64,000 nucleotides of DNA from Balanoglossus misakiensis (Eukaryota; Animalia; Hemichordata): positions 8,006,232-8,070,231 of the forward strand of contig CM082589.2 in the NCBI GenBank assembly GCA_040954595.2, written 5' to 3'. Both the position numbers and the translations under genes were made by a program. Below are positions 45,855 to 60,353 of this stretch, one piece after another. Below the pieces are notes generated by a model. It was not told the origin of the DNA. It saw nothing but the letters and a program-made list of their open reading frames with translations, and did not search any database. Within the stretch, counting starts at the first letter, position 1. Every line of letters starts with the position of its first letter.

Positions 45855-48800
45855 TTAAAAATGAGACCTAAATATGGCTATCAAGCTCCTGTTACCTTTG
45901 AAGGCCTAATGTATGTTACCTTTATACCTACCAAGGTTCCCTAAGGCATTTCAGGCATTTTCCGTTCACAACATTGTATCCGACTTCACTGTCACTGACT
46001 ACTAAAATCCACCCTTTGGGAATATAAGACATCGTGCAATTTGTAACTGCCACTATATACTATTTGTGGTTGTTTTTATACAACCGTTTCGTCCATCAAA
46101 TATTTGTTGTCGTGAGTTTTTGGTGGGCGCGGCAATGTCTTTCCATAATATCAGCGTTGGGTACTTTTTTCTTTCGCTTGGCGAAAATATGGACTTAAAT
46201 GTCCACATAAACACGAATCTGAAAAATATCACCACCACCACATTATTGGACGAATTGCAAGAATTCTGTGCACACTGAAATTTACCCCTACATGTCTTTC
46301 ACATATGTTACAGCAAACAGCCGCGCCTCTGGTAGGTGAGTACAGTGATATGGGATGACATCCCGTGAATGTGTGTTTGAAACTAAGATAATGAAAATAA
46401 TGAGACAGATGCTGCTAATGCGCCAGTAACGTTTGTACTTGATTGCTCGGAGTTCAACCTGTCCGACCGTCTCTGATGGATTTGGCGAAGCCTACGGGGA
46501 CATGTGACTAATGATGATATTTGAAAGCAGTTTCCTTGCGAACACATTGCGGTAGATGGGACAGATAAACGGCAATGTTTTGTATCGCCGCTGTTGTCAG
46601 CCGCGCACGTAAGGTAGTTTCCAGTTGTCATGATGGGGGGGGGGGGGGTCCGGAGGATGTAGACTTTGACAGCGAAGGACAGGGTCACATTTGATCGTTG
46701 TCAACTTCGGATAAGTAGAAAATTGGAGTGTTTTAACGATTAAAATTTGCTACAAGTAGAAGCTATGGGGCTTAACGTAATAAAAGAATTTTATAAATAT
46801 CACTTTAGGTAGAAAAATAAAAGGGGAATATAATATTTTGGTCGAACATTTCGAATATTATGTTTAGTTTTATATCTCGTTTCCATAGCAACGATTGTAC
46901 ATATAGGTTGAAAATACCTGTTTTTCTCAAAGTTTATCACAACAAAGAGGATGACTGATATCTTTTGGATAGGAAAGTATATAAGTTTGAGTTTAGGCTT
47001 GAAAGAATCAATTTGCTGACAAACATAGCTGTCAAGTTTGTTCCGATGTTGCTTATTACTCCTACTGCTTACCACACGAAGCTTGTTTCCCCTGCAAATG
47101 GACTACAACATAGTTTGCTGTCTTCAAATAATGATTCCGAGAAAACGATCCAATGTAATAAAGATCAAATTTCGAAGCACATTGTATTTTAGTTAACAGT
47201 TAATGTCATCAACTCAAGCTGTGGTGGAGGTCTCCTGCACAGACACAGTAATAACCTTTCAAAGCGTCGAAATGTTTGGTTATATATATACAACGCACGT
47301 ATTCACAATGGCGCTCAAGGCACTTTAAAATTATACATCCAGTTGGCTGATGGATTTTTTCTACCATCTAGAGGCAAAACAGAATAATGAAATTATTTTC
47401 AATGACATCTGAATTTCTGGCAGTGTCTATGTTTAGGCTGGGTTGTTTGAAGACCCTCTAAGTAAAACGATAGTTTATGTTTATCCTTGATTTTTTAATT
47501 CATTGGTGGGCACAACAGCTCCCCCCCTCTCCATCGTATGAATCCTCCCTTGATGTGTTATGATCAGCCATGGCGATCGCAAAGCGCCTTATCAGTATAT
47601 CGTTGTATTCTCATTAGATTTCAATTGCAAAGCTATCACCACGCGCATTTTACGGTGCCAGGGATTGTAAATGACAGTGTTGATTTTTTTCTTTATCCCA
47701 CACGTACGCCATTAAGATTAGCTTCTTCTTTACTCATATGCTAATGCTGTATGACAATCAAAGCACATATACAATGAATTTCTTTCCGCTAAGTGCTCGG
47801 AGTCAAACATGACTGACAATCTTCCACCGCAAAGACGAAATATGAATTAACCTTGTTTTCCGAAATAAAGACTCGAGATACGAGAAATAATGCAATTTCT
47901 AAATACCAATTATTTTTTCAAATTCAGCAGATATTTAATGCATTTTAGCGCTTCTTCGTAAGTTAATTTAATTCTGCATTGTGTTCAGGGCAACACATTT
48001 CAACTAATTACAACGCTAGGGTACAAAATCCATTATATATATATCAAGGCAAAAACTCAAAAGATGTCCTGCTACACTAAGCGCTCAGAGATACATTTAT
48101 GTCAGTGAAAAGTAACTGTGAGACATCCGGGCAATTCCTCGCAACATTAACCAATTCAGTCACCCCCATATACTTTGGCGGCTTTGGCCGACACTCACAC
48201 ATTCTATTTTCGTTCCTGCTATATTACTGGAAAATTGAGTTATTCCCCAGTAAGAGTATAACCAGCCAAAATCTGAACATGATTATATTAATCATCGTCT
48301 GATACAGGCTAACGGATGACTGATATAAATGTATGTTCGAGCAGATTTTGCATATTAAAACCAAACTATAGATACATTTCCTGATTAATAAGTAAATACA
48401 ACCAGTTTTGAATGGAACATGCACATGACGAAATAAAGCTCATACTATTCCATAACTGTTATGACGCGATGTTTTGAATGTCATTGGGAGTTTGTTAGAT
48501 AGACGTGCAGGTGTGGAATAACGAAGACGAGAATTAAAAGAAAACGCCATCGTAATTGCCCTACTCATTTATCTCGCGTCGATAGTCTATGCAATGAGGC
48601 GGCCAAAGCACAAATACTCGTGCAGTGACCGATAGGAAGAATTATTCTATTTAAGGATTTAAATACACCCGTCTATAGTATCTGCGCAATCGTTAAGTAA
48701 GAGCTTTCATATCTGTTAAAATTAGCAATAGCATATCTGGTAAATGCTACCGACTCAAATGTCATTAAGAAGCTAGCGTCTGTTGATTTCCCTTGGGTTG

Positions 48801-50754
48801 CGCTCATGTAGGAGACATCTCGCCGTTGATTGAATCGCCTTTTGTCCTTTGAGAATTTATTACAACCTGGGGAGACTTTCACGCCATTTTCATCATGACG
48901 TCCGAAAATGCGCTTCATGGTGTGTGAAAAACGTCTACTCAATGTCGCTTCCATTACTTGACAGGACTAACTATATGCCGAGTGCGGCGTGGCATTTACA
49001 ATGTGGTGAGGCCCAAGAGAGTTTGAACCGATACAGATTTTTTCCTCATTTTGATTCACTAATTTGCTGGCATTAAATGAAAATAATTCACAAGGACTTG
49101 CTGTATAATGCCACCATTATGATGGTGTCAAATATCTAATCATTCATGTTCTTTATAGATGAACAACATATCGGTGAGTATATCTATAAAAGATACAACT
49201 TGTTTTGACAACAAACTAGAGTTGACGACAGAAAGAAGACACACACAAGTTCATTTTCATATGTCGTTTGAAGTGCTTTAGCATTGTCCGTCAGGATTAT
49301 TCTGTGGTTCACTACAACATAACTTTGGTATTGCCTGTCATTACTGTGAGAATGAAGAAAAATAGTCCCTTTCAGAATTCAATTTTTCGGAGAATTTGCT
49401 GAAAAAACAATTGACATGCCAGTTCCATTTTACACTTGGTTACAGCAAACCCCACGTATAACATGTCAAAGCTTACATACTAGTGATTTAAGTTTATTAT
49501 AAGCCATCAAATAACTATGCTAATTAATCACGTGTCCATTGAATAATTGTTTGGTATTTCATGGCATTTATGCAAATTTATATAAAATGCAAAAAACGAA
49601 GAATGTCATTTTGTTCGTCAGTTATCCCTCCTCGGGATACATGTTACTATAGTGACTTAAGTATGTCAACTCGTTTTAAGTGTGTACCACTTGACAACGG
49701 AAAACGTCACTTTGTATTCTGAGCTGGCTCAGTACAGCCTGTGGGTTCCCTACTCCCAACACTTAGCTGTATAAGTGAATATGTTGCTTATTCGCTTATT
49801 TACGGCCATGTGCGCCAATCTCATCGATTTTCTTGTTAAAGCGAAGCAAGGAGGTAAAATTCTACTTTACAGACTAATGAAATGTAATACAGCTTCAGAC
49901 ATTACTCTGAACAAGTCCTTTCCAAGAAATCCTATAGTAACGGCTACTTTCAAGGAGAAAAACACCGTAGGCGTATATAGTCTTGCCATAATATTATTTT
50001 CAATGTTTTGTCATTTAGTAATTCAAGGCCAGACTCACTTTACAGTCTAGCTACCTAATAGGACATTATGTCCCTAAACGATCCAAAGTGGGGTCAAGAA
50101 GTCAATCTGTTGACATGAGTTACTAATACAGAACGTATAAACAACCGTAAACTATGGCTTAGTGCGTTCAAAGGAAAACAAGATACAGGCACCTTTCCTT
50201 CAAAATCACAATTACTGATTTTTGTATAAAGAAAGAAAGGCAAACGATTTCAGTTATATGCCTTCTAGAAGGTGCAAATTTACGAAAGCTTTGTTTCAAA
50301 GAATGTCAAAATAAATACTTATGCCTATACCAAGAGTAAAGTTTGACGACATGGGATGCCTTTCGAGTTTGTTAAAAAGTTGCTTCTCATTTCACCAAGT
50401 AGCGCAATCAGCGATGATTCCAAATCACCAATTTATTTGTCAAAATATTTTAATAGTCTACATTTATGTCATGACAAGTTTTGTCTATATATTATTTCAT
50501 ATTACGCTGCTATGTTACAAAATACAGAATCAAATCGTGCCCAGAGCGAATACAAGTGAACTATTGGCTTCTGTTAGGAGATTGCAAGGCTTGAAATTGT
50601 TTCCCACGTGGACCTTCATCATCTGCGGCCGAAAAAATGAGTTGTCCTGGTCGCCATGTCGATCTATTTTCACTCACAATTATTTTCAGTTTGTCATGAT
50701 AAATTATTAAAGAAAATAAAGATGTGTCACCATGCACACTGTTTTTTGTGTGCT

Positions 50755-50783
50755 TTGTTGTTGTTGTTGTTGTTGTTGTTGTT
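50755..50783 (+). repeat. (TTG)n microsatellite
   Basis: About 9 units. Confidence 0.9.
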
Positions 50784-52545
50784 TTACTAGGGGGGTAAAG
50801 CCATGATCAGAAACAACTCTTTCACTTTTGGCATGGCTTTCTGTCGAGGAAACCTGAACACAAATGCAGTCATCTTTCCTATAGTTGCTGATACAATGGC
50901 AACGTTTTAGTTTATTTTAGTACACTGATTCATCCCAAAATATCCATTTATCTGCAATTGTCGTGAAAGGTGAAACACGAACTCTGTCGGTGAGTCTATA
51001 CATAGTGTTGATATATATTTTAAACATGTTCCATCTATTTATGCTAATTTTTCCCATGTATCATATCTACTGATCGTGTAACTCCTTGGCGTTGTATGAA
51101 CATTTCAATCTAGGTTAGTAATCAATCATTGCATCTGGTGAAATGTATCTGGTAATGAAAACCTTTATAGTTAGAAAATAAAAATAGTTGTGATAAATTT
51201 ACATGACTGAAGAGTGTCACGACTCGGAAATGATTTGGACACACGAGATAAAACGATTAAGTATATTAATAACAACACAATGATCCTAGAAATGGAACTG
51301 AATGATGGAACTCGATTCTTTGTTTAGCCGCCGCTGTTTTGGTTGTAATCTTGGCGGGCATTCAATTGTTTTCCTGTGGTCTCTATGTAACGTAACAGTT
51401 ACCACGTTGTGTACTACATGATGTAATAGCCCCTTTGCCTGCGGAACCCGTTTGACGTCTCATACATGTGTCTTTTTTGGCGGTAGTACTGGAGACTCCC
51501 GTGAACTTATCATCAAGCAGTTATCTTTCAGGTCTATCACTCTTCGGATTTTGACTATTTTGCACACATCTCCTGTGCCATAAAAATGTGTCACGTTTCA
51601 CGCTGGCCGAATGGTCAAGCTGTCAGTGAAAGGCTTAATGCAGCAACACACGCTTCCAATCCGTGCTCAGATACAATACGTCCTCAGTGTTGTAACCAAT
51701 AACTTGTGACAGAGGGCTATTCCCATCTACCATGCAGTGTCTACTTAGGAATGTCGGAGCACTACAATAAGGAAGACAATGATATGTCCAGTCAATAAAC
51801 GGGAGAAAGTCATTTGCAAAAGTCGTTTACATTTAAAACAGACCGTTGATAGCCATCAGTAAGACAAGATTGGCAGAATAGCGACAGGCTGGTCGGCTCA
51901 TTATCTTTTATATAGTTAAAGACTTGACATACCGCTGAGAGCAGTTACAAAGGATGATCACAAAATAACATCGGATGCAATAACTGCCTTTAAGTCAAGT
52001 AACTAACCTTGGGAAACCAACCCCTTCGGTTTCTGTATGAGAATAACTACTCAGCCCCGGAATCAACGTGCAATGAGCACGGTGCGTTCGTCAATAACTT
52101 AATTATTGACATCATTAACAGCTACAAACACACAATCCATTCGCTGACATTTTCATCAGTCTTCTTCAACCAGGTACAACGGACACGTTATTTAAATAAC
52201 CTTTTGTAAGACCACAGTTAACATTTTGTCAACCCTGTATTGTTGAAATGTCCCTTTGAGGTTTAAAGCGTACATTAGTCATAACCTGGTAGTTGACATT
52301 CTACAGAGCCATGCAGTAGAATTTGTTCACTCGAGTATGTCGACACGTAGCAGTTAATCAGAGCACAAGTCATTGACGAGACTTCGGTTTATCTACTTGT
52401 AAGTTAATCTAAGAAACATCTCAACAAACACTTTTAGTAGTATGGATTCCCATATACGTATGAGACGCGCGGGAACACCTTTAAAGTGAGGCTCCCTAAG
52501 CCAAAGGCCACATCTATAGTGGCCGGGAATAATTAACCGCCCACA

Positions 52546-52660
52546 TTGCACCAAAGCGGCACGCCAATTGAAAAACAGCTTAACCCCTCCTCCCCCCCAA
52601 CTCCTCGTTGGGGGAGGAGGGGTTAAGCTGTTTTTCAATTGGCGTGCCGCTTTGGTGCAA
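52546..52660. repeat. Near-perfect 115-bp palindrome
   Basis: Arms of 56 and 54 bp, complementary except for a C7 versus G5 run; 5-nt loop TCCTC. Confidence 0.95.
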
Positions 52661-52926
52661 GATTGTTACGAGTTCCAGGACAGATTACAACTGGCCCAGA
52701 TAAGGCAATAACCCTTACCCCTTTGTTGTATGGCCATAAATATAGGAACTTTGATGGACACTGTGTTTTAATTGACTTGAGTTTACTTCATATATTTTGT
52801 TTTGTTTTGTTGTTGAAGCAAATAATCTCTTTGATGGGGAGACCATTTTGTCACAGTTCGAAGCATACTTGGTCCATGCTATTTAGAACTTCCATATCTT
52901 CTGTTAGAGAGGGGAAGTGGTTTATA

Positions 52927-53089
52927 AGTATATACGGTCACTTCCAATCTACATATGCCCATATATGTCAAAATTGGCCTATTTGAGTGTTCTAAAGAAC
53001 CTTTTCGCGTGTGCCGCCCACTGATAATCTGTGATTGGCTAGATCTCAATTTGCCATGGTAACTGTAGCTATATTTGCATAGGTGACCG
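52927..53089 (-). mobile_element. TTAA-type MITE, family B copy 3 (damaged ends)
   Basis: tatacggtcacttccaat...tggctagatctcaatttgccatggtaact.tagcta...cataggtgaccg matches the reverse complement of 13988-14169. Confidence 0.78.
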
Positions 53090-55036
53090 CAAAGGTCCAA
53101 CGCAACACGGCCGCTAAGGGGATGCCGTTTGTAATGTTCATAACTATTCATTATGTTTGACGCCCGCAGGCTTGCAGATAGGTCAATGTACTCTCTATAG
53201 GCCTGACCGATACTATTAAAACGTTTGGGTGGTATTTAACACATTATGAAATACATATATACATGTATCTGAATGTGGGATATAAAATTTACGTGGCTTT
53301 GATGAGTATATTGACATCAAGCGACCCTTATATAACTTCAATTATTTATAATCGAGGGATTTGAAAATAGATGGTTGGTTCTGTTATAAGTAAAAAAGGT
53401 TGGGTTCATATAAGTACAAAATGCATTTGAAATAATCTAGAACAAGCAACGTGTAAACTATCAGATTCATAACATGATGACATGTTTGTACATGTACATG
53501 TTTACTGCTATGCATCGACGTTCACTTATAAAAAGAACTTGCAATATTCTGAACAACACACGGTGAGCATGTTTATTTGATGTAAAGCCGATGGATGTGG
53601 ATATATCTATTCAAATACGACTAAAGCTTTACGGCTGTCTGATAAAAAAGTTTAAGGGATTCAAAGCCCAAAGCACTGCATATATACATATGTAAATTAC
53701 CTGAAGAGTGTGTTATGAACACTCGACATGAAAAATCATATGTGTCACTTGGGTAGGCAGTAGATATAGCACTGCCCTTTTATCGTTGAAATATTCGAAT
53801 ATTTTGTTTTCAAGTTCATGTTTATCGTAAACATGGACTTTCGACTGAATATACTACTAATTTGTTAACGTATTGTTCGTAGACAGCGAATTAACGCAGG
53901 AAACGATCTCTTTAAAACCAGGCTTCTGTAGAGTCTATCGCGACTCTGGAGACAAACGTTTTCATCGCAAAGACTTTTGCCGAACGATCGACAACTAACA
54001 TATGGTAAGATGGCACACAAAAAAGCAAACTGGCAAGCTATCGTGTTTACTGAAATTCAATATCAGAGACCAGTGGATTTTATGAAGACATCAATCCGTG
54101 CTACATTCATGAGGGACCCTATACTTCACCATTCATGTAAACCACACCCTATATCCTATGACGTGTGAATATACTCTGTCGGTACCTTCCTTCCGTTGCA
54201 GCCTCTTGCAAATTTCCTGTTTATTTCGTCTTCGAATATTTCATCAAATGCCGAGTAAACTCCGAAGGGAAAAGGTGTGTGAAAGGTCGGGGCTTTCGAT
54301 CTCAGGGGGTGTGTTGTTGCACACCTCGGGGAGGGCAACGTTTTCCATTCAATCTTTACATGTTACTGTGTATCCTTGAATTTGATCTAGATGTCTGACA
54401 AGAGATAAAGAGAACAATTTATTTATTAGCCATTTGGGATTTGTGAGTTCTCTTTCATTTGACGCAGTTCTTTTGACTCTGGTGGTTGTGTGCGCACGCG
54501 ATGCTAGTATCACATGTTCACCGTCGAGACCTTACAAATGGTCAAGGTGACTTGGTTTATGTTGAATTGAGAATGGCACGTAATTTTCAGTCTCAAATCA
54601 AATCACATAACAGGTTTTGCTCTGACCTTTTTACTTAAATGATGTTGAAAGATAAGCCATTGAAAAGAAAAGCAGTTATCTTCAATTTGACTTTAGACGT
54701 AAGGTATATGCTTCTCTTGGACGTATATAGCTCTCCACATCTTGTGGCAGTGGACGTCCGTGAAGATTTGCATGGCACAGAGGCAGTAACAGAAGTCATT
54801 AGATGGCAGTTTCAAGTCGAGTTTCTTTAAGAGAGATTATCTTGGACTTAGAGAGGATCTTATAGAATGTCTCATAGGTCACCACGAAAACCATAATACA
54901 AACCGTTACGGTGTAGTTCTCTTAAAGTGTGAACCTTTATCACGTTTCAGGCGATAGATGCGTGCCTATTGATTCTTTATGCGCCTCTCCTGACCCGAGG
55001 TCATTTTTTAATTATCAGACATGCACAAGTAACATA

Positions 55037-55059
55037 CAGAGAGAGAGAGAGAGAGAGAG
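55037..55059 (+). repeat. (AG)n microsatellite
   Basis: About 11 units. Confidence 0.85.
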
Positions 55060-57277
55060 TGAATATCCAAACATACACACACATGTACTTAAATAATCGT
55101 TCACATGGTTGACATGATTCAACTCACAGAGAAATGCACAAAAATCTTCATTGAATATCGCCCTTTTCAAGAAAAAAAACAGATTCGTTGACCAGAGTAG
55201 AAACGGTACTGTAATAAAATTTTAGAAATGGATTTTCAAAAACAAAAATCGTCGTTTCAATTCAATCTAAATATACTACGATGATGACACGGCAATAGAA
55301 TAACATTTAGCTCTCTCGTGTTTGGAAAGCTATAAACCCTCATAAAATTTTAAAGTCCACATGAAAATACAACATAGCATACTGATTAGTACAGAATCGT
55401 GTCCGTTCTTATGAAACTACAGGACTGGTTTTATAGAAAATTAAAATATTTTATTTCGACCCAGTTATTTCCAATGAATATGCGTTCTAAAAGGCTTTCT
55501 GTTCGCTTGTCGTATTAACTATTATTTTTATCTTGTGACCCCTAATAGCACGCTATTTATAAGCGTCAACAACCTGCAACTCTGTTTTCTCTCAGGATGG
55601 CACGTATACATACGTCGCTTTGATTGATCTGTTCCCTCAAATAGATGTCGACCACCATACTCTGTGAAAAAGCAAAATGGAGATGTCACATACATAGAAT
55701 GTAGTACTATATCTACTGCCAAACAAATCTTGACAGTAATTTTGTTGTCGAATCGATCACGCTAAATATCCATGATTTCGCATAAGGAATCCTATTTTTC
55801 TGGTCAGAAACTGTTGTTCGCAAGGCTGCAACAATTTAAACAAATATAATTAAAAAAGATGCGACCCCCTTTAGCCATACATGTACATTGATTATCCCAA
55901 AGTAAACAAACTAGTTTCCCTTGACTTTTCTTCATAAGGGTTGTAAGGCTATTAAACTCGAGGAAAACTGATTTGACTATTGTATTTGAATGAGTTCATT
56001 TGTTTTTGTGTATTCTCGTAATCTAAACGTGAAACATCAACTACACAGTCGTCATTATTTCATATCCAGTTCTTGAATTGTGTGAATTAAGGATATAATG
56101 CTTTTGAACGTATGACCCTTTTCACAGACTTGCATATTATCCGGGTGACATGTCGCCACAACCCCTACCAGTGTCAATGCATCGGCGAAATCAAACGTTG
56201 CGGTATCCACGCTAACATGACATGTATTCTCCAAATGATATGAGATATTAACAAGGGCATGGAGACAATAAACATAATAAAGATAATAACTAGATTGTGA
56301 TGCGGATAATATTAATACAATCTGCATGTTTTGATGCTAGATTGAAACGATGAGCTATTAAACATATTATTCTCAGTGCCACACATCAAAACACCACCAT
56401 ACAGTTACGACAGCCATACAATAGATGATACTGCCCATTAATGTTATGACAGACATAAAATCAATAGCACCCTTCACTGCAGCATATCAAATAGCCCACG
56501 GGATGTAATGTGTTTTTCTCTGAAAAGAAGATTTTTCTTAGTATAGTGAAGACCCTGATTTGATTACAGGGAATCCGGAAATCCGACGATCGACGGATTA
56601 TCAAGCATTCAATGACCCTGTTGCAGTGTAGTGGCTTAATGAAATCCCGCATAGGTAACCCCAAAATGGAATAGCTTGATACTCTTTAAACATGTCTAAC
56701 ATTCAGTGATATAAAACTCTCTTCGAGTGATTAGCTGCAAAACGATGGTAGATAAATGAAATGTGTTTATCATCGCATAATTAATTCGTGTTGTGCCATT
56801 TTATCGGTCATTTATATTTTTCTCTAATATACTAGACAGTAATACATACTTGCGCTTTTATAGAACCATGAATTCAATCAGCATTTAGGAACAAAACATA
56901 CACAGATGGGCAGACTGTTATTGTCATCAGCAACATATTCAACAGCTTGTTTTCAAATATGTCAAAATACAATTTTGGTTTATTGCAACGCTGTTGCGAT
57001 ATTTTTCCAAAGCCATCTTGTACAAAACCTTTTAATTCCACGCCGTATATTAAACGACCTCATAAAACGTACTGTACGGAAATGTACGGTGGCAGATGCC
57101 TATTTGGAAGTAATCCAGAAAATACAGCAGTTACGCTGACTATACATCGCCGACAACTGGCATCGTTGTACAAATACCTAATAGAGTTAGTGTGACCCTA
57201 CACATGTTTACTTTATTGTAATAATAGTAATACGTTTATTTGTATTTGTTTATAAAGTTTGCTATATAAGTATATTA

Positions 57278-57412
57278 TATGCGGGTCACACAGGAACCAT
57301 TAAGACGGTTCTGCAGCGTCCCAGGTCAAAAACTGGCGTAAATTAATATTGTGTGAACTGTGGTTCTGAAATGTCTCAGATTTGAGACGGCTTTGCCGGC
57401 CAGACCTGAGCC
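57278..57412 (-). repeat. Inverted copy of the repeat at 34897-35040
   Basis: Reverse-complement similarity. Confidence 0.75.
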
Positions 57413-58054
57413 AGTGTAAGGATTAACTCCTCTCCGCAACCCACTGTCTATGGGACTGAGCCTCATCGCCTATACATAAACTTTTTGTGTGTGGACACAA
57501 CGAGACTCAAAGGATTGATGCTCTGTGTTTACCATAGGCAAATAGTGTCTCAAATTTTACCTCGTGTGAACCTGGTATTAGATAGAGAAGATACTCACCA
57601 GCTGTAATCTGCTGTGCATTAATTATAGAATACGTCATGATAGGGATAACATTTTTACTACCCCAGCCCTAAATCCTGTAAATCCTCTTACAAGGATGGA
57701 AATGCGACTACAACGTGCCGTGTGCAAATCATTTCCAAACTTTCATTAAATTATCCATTGCTACTATTGTAGCAACTTTCCTGGAAATCCCTGGATTATA
57801 TTTGTTTTCGGGCAAATACAAACTTTATTTGGAGTTTTTGTAAAGGTCCAGGGCTATCTTATTAACTCCGACCCTTATGTTCTGTGCCCACGGTACATGT
57901 TTCTATTATTCAACTAGCATATCAGGTCGGCCTCTGATCCCAGAGATTTCCATGTAGCTGCAAACCTATCATATATAATATAGCGTACTTCTTCGTTTTA
58001 GAATTACTCGGTATATTTAACGGGACATTCGCTGTAACATTTGGCAATATTTGG

Positions 58055-58322
58055 CAAATTTCTACTTCATGTACCGGAGTAAGAAGAAAACATACGGTGA
58101 TCGTGCCTTTTCGTATATCGCCCCACTCATTTGGAACAGTGTCCCAATAGAAGTACGCCAGTCACCTAGCCTTGACAGTTTCAAGAAACACATCAAGACT
58201 TATCTATTTATTGAGCCTATTAACAGTAACTTTACATTGGATTTTTGACATTGTAAAGCGCTATTGAACACTATTGTAGTGGAGTTTGGCGCTCTATAAA
58301 TCCCTTAGATTGATTGATTGAT
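58055..58322 (+). mobile_element. L2-clade LINE 3' end, same subfamily as 44673-45040
   Basis: SKKKTYGDRAFSYIAPLIWNSVPIEVRQSPSLDSFKKHIKTYLF, near-identical 3' UTR and (GATT)n tail. Confidence 0.9.
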
Positions 58323-59151
58323 ATTTTCAGTATTTTTGTTCCGTTTATCAAATGCTAATATACCCAATCCTCCGCTTGTCAGCAAAGCCGGTATGCGCGT
58401 TAGACATATTGTTATTGTTGACAAATGAATTCTAGTCCGGACTTGAATTCGTATTTGCACATAACAGTGCTGACTACACACACAAAGGCTATGTTGATAA
58501 GCTAAATTCTTTGCATTTTAACCCTGATTCACGGATTAAAACAAGAAACTGCAATAGATGCATTAAATACTGAAAACATAGAGGAACGCTACGGCTAATG
58601 GAGCTATATTGTTAATGTTAATGCAACCGATTCTCACATGATTCAATTATAGCATATGTCAAAGACTGCACTGATTGAAGCAAATGGGACAGTTCACGAA
58701 CTTTGGGAAACGTGGCGATCTTCGGAAATACTATGCCACAATTTTGAACAAAATCTAATTGAATTTTCAGACAGCTGCACATTAAAATTAACTCCCTGTT
58801 CAAATTGGTGTTTTATCTGCTGGTCTATGTATATCACGTCAAAGGAAAGTGCCACCATAGTAACCAAATGTATTTACCATTTGAGTTTATAATGTTTGTT
58901 ATACGTTTGCCGCAGGCAATATTATTGTACTTCTATCAGTGAAAATGCATTTCGATTTCCAATCATCTTGAGCTAACCTAAAGCATCAATGTACAATAGA
59001 TACAAAATATGTCATCACCAATTTATGCACTATAGTATTATTATCGTTTTGTGTTGCCATATCAAAGCTGTAGTTCTTTGTTTAATTAATACCGTGTGCA
59101 GTCAAGTTAACAACACCGATTAGTATCATCTGCGAACTCCCATTCAATTAA

Positions 59152-59235
59152 AGCCCCAAAATCTGCCAAATTTCACATGTTTTTCCCCCCACAATAAAAT
59201 ACTTCAAATATATTCCCTGTCCTTACATCATCATA
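59152..59235 (+). mobile_element. Left-end fragment of TTAA MITE family D
   Basis: TTAA|AGCCCC...ctgccaaattt.aca...ccacaataaaa...tcaaatatattccct shared with 63449 onward. Confidence 0.6.
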
Positions 59236-60318
59236 GCAGTACATCTTGTAAAAGTAATAAAGTATATGTCGACCGACTTTGGGCTGTGGTCTCAGTCCTG
59301 CCAGCTAAATAGTCGCTCTGTGAACGGGTTGGAAATTACGTCTTTCGATACCGTAGAACGAGACTTGAATAAGAAAATATGGCGATAGGCGATAAAGGCG
59401 TTTACAGTTGGACTCTCTCCAAGAAGTTTGGCAGTGACGAATTATTTATTTATGCATAACATAATAACACTCGGTTGTCAAGGGTGCTCGGTAAATATGA
59501 CGAATACGCAATTAATAACACTGGCACAAACAATCTTTATTATGACAGAAGTTGATGTCCTTTACAGTCCGACTAAGTCAGAATACCATGCCCGGATGGG
59601 TCAAGGAAACTAGTTATCGTCACTCTCAACACAACTAAAATCTGACATAAAATAGAAACTTTCACAAGTCAAATGTAGGCACCAAACGAATACATCTTCA
59701 TATGGTAAAGTATTTTGACAGGACTGTGGTAGAAGACGGAACGTCGTATAAGAGCTAACATAGAACATATAAATCAAGATGACTTCTACACAGATTTTAT
59801 AAACATTACACGCAACACCTATCCAAGCAACAAAATGACGAATTTCACGAAAGGTGAAAAATCAGTCATTCCTGCGATCAATCGTTACAAATCAACCAAA
59901 ATTATTACTTAACCATCACCAACGCCATTTTCTTAGACTGTTCATGAATATCATAGCATAAAATGCACGGTTGCTTAAATTCTCTTCATTGCTGGCAAAA
60001 TGCACCAATTGGTTAACAAAGTGATATTTATATATATAGCCTAGAACATGAACCCCGTGAAAACAGTTTGGGTCCCTACAAAGAATATTTAATCGTCGAT
60101 CACTTTTCTATATGTACATGTATCACAAAAACTTAGACGAGGTATATAGTTACCTCTTGTGCAAATGTCCCTGTATGGCTGAAGGCGCATGTGTATGTAC
60201 TCACACGAACGTGTGATTTCTCAATTTCCATTTCTCACGTGGAACTCCAAGCGTGATGTGTTTGTTAATATTACGTATGTTCTCTGTGACTAGATTCATA
60301 CCTGTAGTCATACCGCTC

Positions 60319-60319
60319 G

Positions 60320-60352
<33 letters not shown>
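60319..60352 (+). repeat. (TA)n microsatellite
   Basis: About 14 units. Confidence 0.9.
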
Positions 60353-60353
<1 letters not shown>

